A stretch of DNA of 64,000 bases, from the NCBI GenBank assembly GCA_030390025.1, contig JASTWF010000323.1, positions 372,001 to 436,000 on the forward strand, given 5' to 3'. The stretch comes from Squalus acanthias. Taxonomy: Eukaryota. Shown in pieces: positions 1 to 13,600 of the stretch. Positions within the stretch are counted from its first letter, which is position 1. Every line of letters starts with the position of its first letter. Below the pieces are notes generated by a model. The model saw only the letters and a program-made list of their open reading frames with translations. It had not been told where the DNA came from and ran no database searches. The position numbers and the translations under genes were made by a program.

Positions 1-158
1 AAGAAGCATTTAGATGAGAACTTGAAACGCCATAGCATACAAGCCTACGGACCAGGTGCTGGAAAATGGGATTAGAATAGACAGGGCTTGATGGCCGGCG
101 CAGACACGATGGGCCGAAAGGCCTCTTTCTGTGCTGTATAACTCTATGACTCTATGAC
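1..158 (+). mobile_element. CR1-clade LINE (HER1-like) 3' end
   Basis: Ends in gatgggccgaaaggcctctttctgtgctgtataactctatgactctatg (8-nt repeat tail); near-identical to the CR1 3' end at ~57410-57568. Confidence 0.85.
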
Positions 159-159
159 A

Positions 160-735
160 TCCTTAATCCTGAGACCAGGGAGGCAACATACGATCTTGGA
201 TTCACATCTGCGGACGCAGAAACGCCTCTCTGCTCCCCTAACTCGAATCGCCTGACAGTATTACTATCCCTATCTTCCTCCTCCCCCCCTTATACAGCTG
301 AGAGGCTCATGGTGCCGCGGACTTGGCTGTCTGTACTCCCTAGAGGAACCACCGCCCTCTCCAGCACTCTGAACAGAATACTGGTTGGAGAGCGAGATGC
401 ACTCAGGCAACTCTTGCCCTACCTACCAGGTCCTCCTCTTCTGTCGGACCGCAACCCAATCCTTCTCTGCCTGTGCACTCCTTAGCTGCGGGGTGACTAT
501 TCCTGAAACGTGCTATCCACGTAGCTCTCAACCTCGCGGGTGCACCGCAGTGACGCCGGTGGCTGCTCAAGCATTGGAACCTGGAGTGCGATCTCCGACA
601 GCTGACGACACCAGCTGCACACGTGGCTGTCCAGGACACGGAAAGCGTCCTGGATTTCCCACATGGGACAGGATACACAATCCGTGGGATTGAGCTGCCT
701 GCCATGCCTCTATTTATTCGACTAATAACCAACTT
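160..735 (-). mobile_element. CR1 ORF1 fragment (N-terminal Cys-rich region to start of SGNH esterase domain), degenerate
   Basis: Minus strand reads gtatgttgcctccctgg = VCCLPG (CR1 ORF1 esterase motif) and MWEIQDAFRVLDSHVCSWCRQL near 660-600; frameshifted. Confidence 0.7.
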
Positions 736-774
736 TACAGAAATTTTAAACTAAGGATTATCTAATACAAGTTG

Positions 775-1455
775 TTAATCTAACATGTTATTAACAGTTA
801 CTAATTTAATATCGTATTTACAATTATTAATATATTATTGTATTAACAGACACTAATTTAATGTTGTATTGACAGTTACTAATATAATATAGTATTAACA
901 GTCACTAATTTACTGTAGTATTAACAGTTACTACTTTACTGTAATATTAACAGTTACTAATTTAATATAGTATTAACAGTTACTAATTTAATGTAGTATT
1001 AACAGTTACTGATTTAATGTGGTATTAACAGTTACTGATTTAATGTAGTATTAACAGTTACTGATTTAATGTGGTATTAACAGTTACTGATTTAATGTAG
1101 TATTAAAAGTTACTGATTTAATGTAGTATTAACAGTTACTGATTTAATGTGGTATTAACAGTTACTGATTTAATGTAGTGTTAACAGTTACTGATTTAAT
1201 GTAGTATTAACAGTTACTGATAAAATGTGGTAATAACAGTTACTGATTTAATGTAATATTAACAGTTACTCATTTAATATTATATTAACAGTCACTGATT
1301 TAATCTTGTATTAACGGTTACTAATTTAATGTAGTATTAACAGTTACTGATTTAATGTGGTATTAATAGTTACAGATTTAATGTACTATTAACAGTTACT
1401 AATTTAATATAGGATTAACAGTTGCAAATTTAATATAGTATTCAGAGTTGCTAAT
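775..1455. repeat. AT-rich minisatellite, 26-bp unit
   Basis: Tandem tattaacagttactgatttaatgtag. Confidence 0.9.
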
Positions 1456-1616
1456 ATCCAAGCTCCTGCCTTCACCCTAATCAGCTATTTAACCCCGGCC
1501 CCTAACTTGAAGAGCAGAAACACGGTGTGACCTTTACCAGTCAGTCAGTTCCCAGTCTTTCTGTCTGTTAATAAGAGCCATCAGTTCAGGGGCTGACTCT
1601 GTGATTGTTGTTCCAG

Positions 1617-1693
1617 TTCTGGTGGATGGGAGATTCCCGAGACTCAGGTTCCAGACTATCGCTGCTCCATAAAGCACCCAGGCCGGTTAAACG
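1617..1693 (+). CDS. D8C domain exon (SGGWEIPETQVPDYRCSIKHPGRLN)
   Basis: ttccag|T...ACG|gtaatt; aligns with uromodulin [24 protein letters not shown]. Confidence 0.85.
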
Positions 1694-4600
1694 GTAATTT
1701 CAGACTTTATAATCTCAGATTTACATTCACTGTCCAGCACTGTTCACCACGGTTACAATATTCAATATTTACAAATGACGTTTCAGGTTCTCATCCCACC
1801 GTGGGACAGGGAGAAGTGACGAGGACAGTTTGTTTCAGCTGGGAAGTAAATCCCTGCCACGGAACCGTGGAGATAAAGATCAAAAACTGCACCAGTTACT
1901 TCGTTTATGAGTTGAAGCCGACACCCGGAATGAACTCTGCTTATTGCACAGGTACATTGAGGGGGGTGGGGCAAAGGTTAGGAACTCGGGGCGGGGGGGG
2001 GGGGCAAAGGTCAGGATCTCGGGGTGGGGTGCAAAGATCAGGAACTCGGGGCAAAGGTCAGGAACTCGGGGATGTGCAAAGGTCAGTGTCTCGTGGTTGA
2101 AAAGTCACAAATTCGGAGAGGAAAGGTCAGGAAATCGAATGTGAAAGATCACAAACTCGGAGAGGAAAGGTCAGGAACTCGGGGGTGAAAGGTAGAAATC
2201 TCGGAGAGGAAAGGTCAGGAACTCGAAGGTGGAAGATCAAACTCGGGTAGGAAAGGTCAGGAACTCGGGGCGGGTGAAGGTGAGAAATTCGGGAGGGGGC
2301 AAAGGTCAGGAACTCGGGGGGCAAAGCTCAGTAACTCGGGGGGCCAAAGGTCTGGAACGCTGAATGAAAAAGGTCAGGAATTTGGGGGGGCAAAGGTCAG
2401 TAACTCGGGTGGCCAAAGGTCAGTAACTCGGTTGTGGCAAAGGTCAGTAACTCGGGTGGCCAAAGGTTAGGATATCGGGGTGCCAAAGTTCAGTATATCG
2501 GGGGGCCAAAGGTCAGTAACTCGGGGGGACAAAGGTCAGTAACTCGGGGGGACAAAGGTCAGTAACTCCGGGGGACAAAGGTCAGTAACTCGGGGATGGC
2601 AAATATCAGGGACTCGGTGGTGGGGCAAAGGTCAGGAACTCGGAGGGGAGTTCCTGAACTCGGGGGGGATAAGTTCAGGAAATCGGAGTCAAAGATCAGA
2701 AACTCGGTTGCGGGGGGGCTGAGGTCCGAAATTGCGGAGGGGAAGGTCAGGAACTCGGCTTGGAAAGGTCATGAACACGAGTGGGCTGAGGTCAAGATCT
2801 CGGAGGTGGAGGTCAGGAACTCTGGGTGGAAAGGTCATGAACTAAGGGGGGAAAGGTCAGGAACATCGTGGGGGGCGAAGGTCAGTAAATCGGGGGTGGG
2901 CAATGGTCAGGAATTCGGGAGGGCAAAGGTCAGCAACACGGAGTTCAAAGGTCAGGAACTCGGGGGGGGCAAAGGTCAGGATCTCGGGCGGCAAAGATCA
3001 GGAACTCGGGGTTGGCAAACGTCAGGAAATCGGCGTGGAAACGTCATGAACTAGTGGGGGAAAGATTAGGGGTGTTCTACGGTCAGGTACTGGGGGTCAG
3101 AGATTGTCAGGAAATCAGGGTTGGGGAGAGAAAGTCAGGAACTCGGGGCAGGTGTTTGGATGGGTAGGATTGAAGCTCAGGAATTCGAGAGGGGGACTGA
3201 AGGTCAGGGTCACGGGTGTGTGGGTGGAGATGGAGTGATGGCCAATATATCATTCCTGAGGTGCGGTGCCCAGATCTGAACACAGTTCTCCAGATGGGGT
3301 CTTACTGGGAGAGTGTTTTTGTAACCGGGATATGGGACACTGAGGGCCCTGAACAGATATCAAAGTCCCAGACACTGACTGCTGCTCATCGACGAACACT
3401 GGGACAGTAAATGAACTGCGATGGTCCCTGTATTTAAATTACATTTCTAGAATCACCAAGGCTGGAACTTTAATTGGCACTGCGTGTTAGCGAGATAATA
3501 TTTACAGTTTGAATCCCTCCCGTGTCAGTAATGTGTCAGTATTGATTGATGCTGTGAGGGAATTTTTTGATAATGTAATCGGGCAGATGCAAAATGGTGC
3601 CATGGCAGAGGGACTTCAGTTCTGTGGAGAGACTGGTGAAGCTGGGATTCGTCTGCTTAGAGCAGAGAGGATTAAGGTAGATTTGATAGAGGTGTTCAAA
3701 ATCATGAATGGTTTTGACAGAGTGAATAAGGAGAAAAGGTTTCCAGTGGCTGAAGGGTCAGTAACCAGAGGTCACAGATTAAAGGTGATTGGAAAACGAA
3801 CCAGAGGCGACATGAACAAACATTGTTTTACACAGCGAGTTGTTGTGATCTGGATGCACTGCCTGAAAGGGCGGTGGAAGAAGGTTCAATAATAAGTTCA
3901 GAAGGGAATTTTTAAAGGGATACGATTGACAGATCTCCGCGGCAAGAGCAGGGGAGTGAATTAATTGGACAGCCCTTTCAAAGAGTCGGCACAGGCACGA
4001 TGGGTCGAAAGGCCTCCTTCTGTGCTGTATCATTCTATGATTCTATGATGTAATGTTTGTCAGATGATGCTGACAGATTGAGAACAATAGATTGTTCACA
4101 TCAGAAGCACGGATAAGATCTTTTAAAGAGCACACGAGTACATTTAGCAACATATGCAAGCTAGACTGAGTAGAGAGAGAGCGAGTTCGGAGAGTGTTTG
4201 TGTAACCAGGGCAGGGGACACTGTGAGATGCCTGACCAGATATCAGTCTCCCAGACCCTGGCTCTGGCTCACCCACTAACACTGGGACAGTAAAAGGACT
4301 GCGATGGTCTCTGTATTTAAATTAAATGTCAAGAATCAGTAAGCGTGTGTTTCGCGAAAAATTAGTGTAATCTCTACACTGGAGAGTGTTACTCTCATCC
4401 CAGGAATCTAGCTGGTGAAGCAGGGATAAACGGGACAATTTCGGGATGGCTGGTTGTCACTCGTGGAGTACCTCAAGGATCAGTGCTTGGGCCTCAGCTA
4501 TTTACAATCTATATCAATGACTTAGATGTGGCGGCTGAGTGTAATGTATCCACGTTTGCTGATGTTACAAAGGTGGGAAAGTAATTCATAGATGCATAAC

Positions 4601-7600
4601 GGCACACAAGGAGCACGTTCAGCCCATTGAATCTGTGCCGGCTCTCTGTAGAGCAATCCAGTTACACCCATTCCCCCGCTCTATCCCCGTAGTCCAGAAA
4701 GTTAATTTCCCTCAAGTGCCTATCCAATCTCCCCTTGAAAACATTGACTGTCTCCGCTTCCACCATTCCGTCGGCACTGAATTCCAGGTCATCACCACAC
4801 GCTGCGTAAAAAAAGTTTTTCCTCACATACCCTCTGTATTTCTTGCCCAAAACCTGAAATCTGTGTCCCCTAGTCCTTGTACCATCAACTAGTGGGAACA
4901 ACCTTTCCCCGTCTATCCTGTCCAAACCCGTCATAATCTTGTACACATCTATCAACTCACCCCTCAACGTCCTTTGCTCTAATGAAAACAAATCCAGCTT
5001 CTCCAAACAGCCTTGTAGCTAACATCCCTCATCCCCGGAGACATTCTGGTAAATCTACCCTGCATCCTCTCAAGGGCCTTCACATCCTTCCTAAATTGTG
5101 ATGACCAGAACTGGACGCATTATTCTATTTGTGGCTTAACTAGCGCTTTATAAAGGTTCAGCATAACTTCTCTACTTTTGTACTCAATAACTCTATTTAT
5201 GAAGCCCAAGATCCCATATGCTTTGTAAACCACTCTCTCATTATGTCCTGCCACCTTCAGGGACTTATACATATTAACTCCCAGGTCCCTCGATCCCTGC
5301 ACGCTCTTTAAAACTGTGCCATTAAGTGTATATTGCCTCTCCCTGTTCCTTCTGCCAAAATGCATCAACTCACACTTCTCTATTAAATTCCATCTGCCAC
5401 TTGTCTTCCCATTCTGCTGGCCTTTCTATGTCCTGTTTCAGTCGATTGGTATCGTCATCACTGTTTGCCACGTCCCCAAGTTTGGTTTCATCGACAAATT
5501 TAGAAATTCTACTACGTATTACAGTGTCCAGGTCATTTATAGAAATTTAATAAAAACAGTGGCCCCAGCATTGACCCTTGGGGAACACCACTGTCTACCA
5601 TCCTCCAGTCTGAAAAACAGCCATTTACCACAACTCGCTGTTTTCTGTCCGTAAGCCAATTCCTTATCCAAGCTGCCACTGGCCCACCTATTCCATGAGC
5701 CTCAATTTTGTTAACCAGCCTTCTTTGTGGTAGACAACATCCTTTGCATTCCCTTCATCAATCCTCCCTGTTACTTAAAAACAAAATAGATTTTTCAAAC
5801 AGGATCTGCCTTTTACAAATCCGTGTTCGCTTTCCTTAATTAGCTTAAACGTGTCCAAGTGCCCGTTAAATTTTTTCCTTGATTATTGTTTCTAAAACTT
5901 TACCCCCCAGTGATGTTAAAGTGACCGTCCCATAGTTACTAGGATTCTCCTTACACCCTTTCTTGTACAATGGTGTCACAATTGCCACTTTTCAATCCTG
6001 AGGCTCCTCCCCGCATCTAGGGAAAATTGAAAATTATGGCAAGCCCTTCCGCCATATCCTCCCCCAATTCCCTTAGCAACTTGGGATGCAAGCCATCTGA
6101 ACCAGTCGACTTATCCACTCTAAGCATACCCAGCCTTTCTAGTACATCCTGTCTCTCAATTTTTACCCCTTCCATTGCATCTACCGTTTCCACTTCTAAC
6201 GCTGTTTTGTCAGCATCCACCTCCTTAGCAAACACCAATTCAACGTACTCATTTACTATTCTCGCCTTGCCCTGCGCCTCCAAGCATATATCACCTTCTT
6301 TGTCTCCAATAGGCCCCACCCCGCCTCTTACACCCACTTACTGTTTGCATGCCGGTAGACGATTTTTGGTTCCCTTTTATGTTAACCGCCATTCTACTCT
6401 CATGTTCTCTCTTTGCCACTCTTATTTTCATCTTCGCATCCCCTCTCAACTTATTGTAAGCTGTGAGGAGGAAGCAAGGAGGCTGCAAAGGGATATAGAC
6501 CGGTTAAGTGATTGAGCAAGTTGGAGGCAGATGTAGCATAATGTCAGGAAATGTGAAATTATACATTTTGATAGGAAGAATGGAAAAACAGCACAAGGTG
6601 AGAGATTAATAAATGTTGGTATTCAGAGGGATTTGGGGGTCCTTGTACATGAATCACAGAAAGTTAAATTGCAAGTACAGCCAGCAATTATGAGGGTATG
6701 TTTGCCTTGACTGCAGGAGGGTTGTAGTATAAGAGTAAGGAAGCCTTGCAGCAATTATATAGGGCTCTGTTGAGACCACAACTGTACTGTGCACAGTGTT
6801 GGTCTCCTTATCCAGGGAAGGGTATACTTACCTCAGAGGGGTTGCAACGAATGTTCTCTAGATTGATTCCAGTGAAGAAAGTGTGTCCTATGAGGAGAAA
6901 TTAAGTTGAATGGGCCCATATTCTCTGAAGTTTAGAAGAATCAGAGGTGATCTCATTGAAACGTGTAAAATTCTTAAAGGGCCTGACAGGGTAGATGCTG
7001 AGAGGCTGTTGTTCCCTTGCTGTAGAGTCTTAAACTAGGGGTCATAGTCTCAGGATAAGGGGTCGGCCATTTAGGACTGTGATGAGGAGAATTGTTTTCA
7101 CTCAGAGGGTTGTGAATCTTTGGAATGCTCTACCCCAAAGGGCTGTTGTGCTCAGTCGATGAATATTTTCAAGGCTGAGATTGATAGATATTTGGGCACT
7201 AAGGGAACCAAGGTAAATGGGGCTAGGGTGGGATGGTGGAGTTGAAGTAGAAGATCAGCCATGATCTTATTGCGGAGCAGGCTCGAGGGGCCAAAACGCC
7301 TACTCCTGCTCCTATTTTTTGTGTTCTAATAAACACAGACCGTTCCCCAATACTGACCATAACATGCTCTGACCCTCCCCAGTTCCATTCTGCTTTCTGA
7401 ACCATGGCTAAGAAAATAAATTAAAGCTAGGTTTAAGTGAAAGGAGGTAGCTTCCAATGTTGCCAGAAAAAGGGGTCAGCCTGAGGATTGGGATCTTTTT
7501 AGAATTCAGCAAAGGTGGAACAAGAAATTGATACGGAAAGTGAAAATGGAATATGAGCACAAACTAGCGAAAAAAATAAAAACGGATTGTAAAAGCTTCT

Positions 7601-10600
7601 GTAGGTATGTGAAAAGGAAAAGATTGCCGAAGGTAAATGTAGGTCATTTAGAGTCAGAGACGGGAGAATTTATAATGGGGAATGAGAAAATGGTAGGGAA
7701 ATTAAATAAATAGTTTGTTTCTTTCTTCACGGAGGAAGACACAAAAAACCTCCCAGAAATACGAGAAAACCAAGGGTGTGGCGAGAATGAGGATCTTAAA
7801 GAAATTATTAATAAAAAAAAATGCTAGCAAAATTAATGGGACTAAAAGTCGATAAATCCCAAGGACCGGATGACCTACATCGGAGGGTTTTGAATGAGGT
7901 GGCCATTGGGATAGTAGTCGCATTGGTTGCCATCTTCCAAAATTCTATAGATTCTGGAATGGTTCCTGCAGTTTGGTGGATAGCAAATTTAACCCCGCTA
8001 TTTAAGAAAGGAGGGAGAGAGAAAACGGGGAACTACAGACCTGTTAGCCTCACATCAGTAGATGGGAAATTGCTGGAATCTATTATAAAATTTGCAGTAA
8101 CTGGGCAATTAGAAACTAAGAGTAAGATTGGGCAGAGTCAACATGGATTTATGAAAGGGAAGTCCTGTTTGACAAACCTGTTGGAGTTCTTTGAGGATGT
8201 AGCTAGTGGAGTAGACAAAGGGGAACCGGTAGATGTGTTGTATTTGGATTTTCAGAAGGGCTTCGATAAGATCCCACACAAGAGGTTGGTGAACAAAGTT
8301 AGGGCACATGGAATTGGGGGTAATATACTAGCTTTATTTTGCTTAACAGACAGAAAACAAAGAGTAGGGATAAAAGGTTTTTTTTCGGGATGGCAGGCTG
8401 TGACTAGTGGGGTACCGCAAGGATCGGTGCTTGGGCCCCAGCTATTCACATTCTATATCAATGATTTGGATGACGGGACAAAATGTAACATTTCCAAATT
8501 TGCTGATGATTCAAAGCTAGATGTCAGTGTCAGCTATGAGGAGGATGTGAAGTGGCTTCATGGGGATCTCGACAGGCTCAGTGAGTGGGCGAGATCATGG
8601 CAGATGGATTATGGTGTGGATAAATGTGAAGTTATCCACTTTGGTAGAAAAAAGAGAAAGTCAGAGTATTTCCTACATGTTGAAAGTTTGGGGAATGCAG
8701 ATGTTCAAATGGACCTGGCTGTCCTTGTACATGAGTCACTGAAAGTGAATGTGCAGGAGCAGAAATCCATAAGGAACGCAAATGGTTTGCTGACCTCGAT
8801 TACAAGAGGATTTGAGTACAGAAGTAAATAAGTTTTACTCCAATTATATAGGGCCTTGGTGAGACCACACCTAGAGTCCTGTGTACAATGTTGGTCTCCT
8901 TATCTAAGGAAGGATATACTAGCCATAGTGGGAGTGCAACAAAGGTTCACGAGATTGATTCCTGGGATGATGGGACAGTCGAATGAGAAGAGAGTGAGTT
9001 AGGAACTCGGGTAGGATGAAAAGGTTAGGAACTCGGGTGGGATGGGAAAGGTCAGATCTCGGGGGGGCAAAGCTCAGGAACTGGCGGGGGTCAAAGTTCA
9101 GGGACTCTTGGGGGGCAAAGATTAGGAACACGGGGGGCAAATATCAGGAACTCGGACCAGGACAAAGATCAGGAACTCGTGTGGAAGAGTCAGGAGCTCG
9201 GGGGTCAAAGGTCAAGAACTGGGGCAATAGTCATGAACACGGGTGGGGACAAAGATCAGGAACTCGGGGGCCAAAGGTTAGGAGCTCCTGGGGGGCAGAG
9301 GCCAGGAACTCATAGGCGGGGGGCGGGGGGGGTGTTCAGGATCTCGGAGGGGAGGGGCTAAGGTTGGAATTCGGGGCGCGTCACAGGTCAGGAACTCGTG
9401 GATGAAAGGTCAAGATCTCGTGGGTCAACGGTCAGAAACTCGGGAGGGGCAAAGGTAAGGGCCTTGGGGCGGGGCAATGGTCAGGAACTCGGGGCAAACG
9501 TCAAGTGCTCGGTGGGGTGCAAAGTTCAGGAACTTGGGAGGAAAAGATCAGGAACTCGGACGGGGAAAAGGTCAGGAACTCGCGGGGCGGGGTGGAAATC
9601 AGGAACTCGGTGGGGGGTGGAAAGGTCAATATCTCGGGATGGGTTAAGATCAGGAACTGTGGAGTGCAAAAGTCAGGAACTCGGTGGGGGAGGAGAGAAG
9701 ATCACGAATTTGGGCGGTGCTGGTGGGAGGGATGGTTAGGAGCTTGGGCAAGGGGAGAAGTTCAGGAACTCGGGAGAGGGGAGAAAAGGTCAGGAACTCG
9801 GTGGGGGGATGAGGGCACGGAAGGTCAGGAAATTGGTCAGGTGCAGGAGGTGAAGAACTTGGGTTGGGGAAATAGGTCAGGAATTTGGTTGGGGAGTGGG
9901 AAAAGGGTTCTGGAGATTTGGCCGGGGTGAAAAGGACAGGAACTTGGGTGAGGATGGGGAAGGAGGTCAGGAACTTGGGTGGGGGTGGGGGAGGAGGTTA
10001 GGAATTTCGGTGGGGGTGGGGGAGGAGGTCAGGAACTTGGGTGAGGGTGGCGAGGGGGTCAGGAAATTCGGCGCTGGGGGCAGGAACATGTTTGCGGGTG
10101 GGAGAAGGTCTTAACCCGCGAGGGTGAGCCCTGTCTGTTCCAAGTGAGCTCTGTTCTGTCTGGAGTAGATTGTCAGAATGTCTCGAATTAAACTTTGCAA
10201 AGTAACTGTTTAAGTAGGCAGGGAGAAACTAATTAAACATTCCAGGGACTCTGCTGGGTGTGCCTTGTCCTCCAAGTGGACCAATGAGCAATCAGGACTT
10301 GTCATTCAAGAGGTCCAATCAGACAGTGTTGCGAATAAACACGCCACGTTGAAATAATCCAGAAGTGTGACTCTAGGATGTCCCGTGTTATCAACAGAAA
10401 TAAGAAAGTTACACGCCCTGTTGTCAGAGACACAATGCATAAAGGAACTGAAACACAAAGTGTACATTTCACCAAAGCTATAGGGAGCTCAATCAGACGC
10501 TATTCTCCGTGTCTATCGGTCACTCTGTTCCCTGCGGTGCCCACTGATCGCGATAGACCCCCAGTGTAGCGCTGGCCACCGCACGCTCCCTCTCCAGGCT

Positions 10601-13600
10601 TTCTGGGTCACAATGAATAGGATTGGGTGATTCTGGGTTTTATAAAGACTGGTGCCGGACATTCTCCGGACTCGATTACCAGCCTGATGACCTGTCCTGG
10701 TGTTCTCCACTCTGCAATCTCCCGTGTCTCTCTTCATTTATTATAGATCCCAAGACCGTCCCAAATCAGGAACCCGAGGAACATTCGACCCGTGAATCAG
10801 CTGACCGCAGATCATCTATTCCACTGGTGTCTACAGCCGCAGGTATCTGCCTTGTGGAGTCCATTCTAAACAGACTGCTCTCCGAATGTAACTGCAGCAA
10901 TCCTCAGACCCTCAGATGGATCCAATCCCTTACTGAGGGGTGTGGGATGGACTGTCTGACATGAGTGGGATGTGGAGACTGAGGGGAATTGGAGGCAGCA
11001 TCTGACGGAAGTGGAATGCAGTGCCTGAGGAAGCGGGATGTAGTGAATGAGGGGAGTGTGATGAAGTGAATGAGGGGAGTGTGATGTAGTGAATGAGGGG
11101 AGTGTGATGTAGGGAATGATGGGAGAGTGATGTAGGGAATGAGGGGAGTGTGATGTAGTAAATGAGGGGAGTGTGATGTAGTGAATGAGGGGAGTGAGAT
11201 GTAGTGAATGAGGGGAGTGTGATGTAGTGAATGAGGGGAGTGAGTTGTAGTGAATGAGGGGAGAGTGATGTAGTGAATGATGGGAGTATGATGTAGTGAA
11301 TGAGGGGAGTGAGATGTAGTGAATGAAGGGAGTGTGATGTAGTGAATGAGGGGAGTGAGATGTAGTGAATGAGGGGAGAGTGATGTAGAGAATGATGGGA
11401 GTATGATGTAGTGAATTAGGGGAGTGTGATGTAGTGAATGAGGGGAGTGTGATGTAGTGAATGTGGGGAGTGAGATGTAGTGAATGAGGGGAGTGTGATG
11501 TAGGGAATGAGGGGAGTGTGATGTAGGGAATGAGGGGAGTGTGATGTAGTAAATGAGGGGAGTGTGATGTAGTGAATGAGGGGAGTGTGATGTAGTGAAT
11601 GAGGGGAGTGTGATGAATTGAATGAGGGGAGTGTGATGTAGTGAATGAGGGGAGTGGGATGCAGTTAATTGTGGCAGTGTGCTGCAGTGACTGAGGCGAG
11701 TGGGACGCAGTGACTGAGGGGAATGGGATGCAGTGAATTAGGGAAGTGTGTTTTCGTGACTGAGGGGAGTGTGATGTAGTGAATGAGGGGAATGGGATGC
11801 AGTTAATTATGGCAGTGTGCTGCAGTGACTGAGGACAGTGGGACGCAGTGAAAGAGGGGAGTGGGATGCAGTGAATTAGGGAAGTGTGTTACAGTGACTG
11901 AGGGGAGTGGATTGAGGAGAATGAGGGAGTGGATTTAATGGCTGAGGGGAGTGGAATTGGATGATTCTGGGTTTTATAAATACATTCTCCGGACTCCAGT
12001 ACCAGCCTGATGACCTGTTCTGGTGTTGTCCACACTGCACTCTCCCCTGTCTCTCTTCCTTTATTGCAGATCCAGAGACATCTCCAACTCAAGAACCCGA
12101 GGAACAATCGACTCGTAAATCAGCTGACCGCACATCCACTACTCCAGCGGGGTCTGCAGACTCAGGTATCTGCCTTTTGTATTCCATTCTAATCAGATTT
12201 CTCACACAGTGTATTTGCTGAAATCCTCAGTACTGACAATTCGTCCATCTTCTGAGCGGAACGTGATGTAGAGACGGAGCGGTGCTGGATGAGCAGATTG
12301 TTTGAAGTGGGATAAGGACACTGAGGGGAGTGCGCTGTACTGAATGTGGAGTGCAGGACCAGGTGACTGAGGGAATTGGATGAAGATTCTGAGTGGAGTG
12401 TGTTGAGTTTTCTAAGTGAAGTGGGTTGAGGATTCTGAGGAGACTGCGGTGAGCAGCGTGAGTGGTGTGTATTAAGGAAACTGAGGGGATAAGAATGAGC
12501 TGTCTGAAGGGAGTGGGATGCAGCGACAGAGGGGAGTGGGATGCAGCAATTGTGTGCGTGAGAATTAGTGATTGAGGGGAGTGGGCTGCAGTGACTGAGG
12601 AGAGTGCGATTAGGTGTCCGAGGGGAGTGAGATGCAGTAACTGAGAGGTGTGCGATGTATTGACTGGGAGTTGTGGGATGTGGCGGCTGGGATGAGTGTG
12701 ATTCATTGACTGAGGAAATGCAGTGACTGAGGGGAGTGGGATGCAGTGACTGTGCGGTGTGAGTACAGAGACTGAGGGGTGTGAGATGCAGTCACTGAGG
12801 GGAGTGGGATGCAGTGACTGAGGGGAGTGGAGGTAGTTACTGAGGAAAATAGGATTGGATGATTAGGCGTTTTATAAAGACTGGTGTCTGACATTTTCTG
12901 GTCTCTAGTACCAGTCTGATGACCTATGATGGTCTTCTCCTCTCTGCACTCTCCCATGTCTCTCTTCCTTTGTTACAGATCCAGAGACATTCCCAACTCA
13001 CGAACTCGAGGACCAATCGACTCGAGAATCCGCTGAACGTTCATCCTCTCTCCCAGCGGCGTCTGCAACCTCAGGTATCTGCCTTGTGGGGTACATTGTA
13101 CACAGACTGTTCACCCAATGTAACTGCTGGAATCCTCAGTCCCTCAGCTTCATTCACTATCTTGTTGAGGGGAGTGGGATGTAATGAAGTATGGGTGTGG
13201 GATGCGCGGACTGTGGGAAGTGGGACAAGGAGACTGAGCGAAGTTTGATGTAGTGATTGAGGGTAGTGGGATGCAGTGACTCAGGTGTGTTGTACCAGGA
13301 GACTGAGGGAGTGGGATGAAGGTTCTTAGTGTAATATGATGAGGTTTCTAAGGGAAGTGGGTTGATGAGTCTAAGGGGGTCGGATGAGAACACTGAAGGG
13401 AGTGGGATGGGGATACTGAATGGAGTGGAAAGAGGTGACTGAGGGAAGTGGCAAGAAGAAAGTGAGTGTAGTGGTAGTTAGTGACTGAGTGAAGAGAGCT
13501 GAGTGGACTGAAGAGAGTGGGACGCAGTCACTGGGGGAATTGGGATGCAGTGACTGAGGGAAATGGGTTGCAGTGACTGAGGTTTCTGGGATGCAGTAAC

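Noticed and set aside
1660..1693. YRCSIKHPG as an immunoglobulin C1 domain end
   Set aside because: Context and the next exon fit the D8C domain across more than 80 residues
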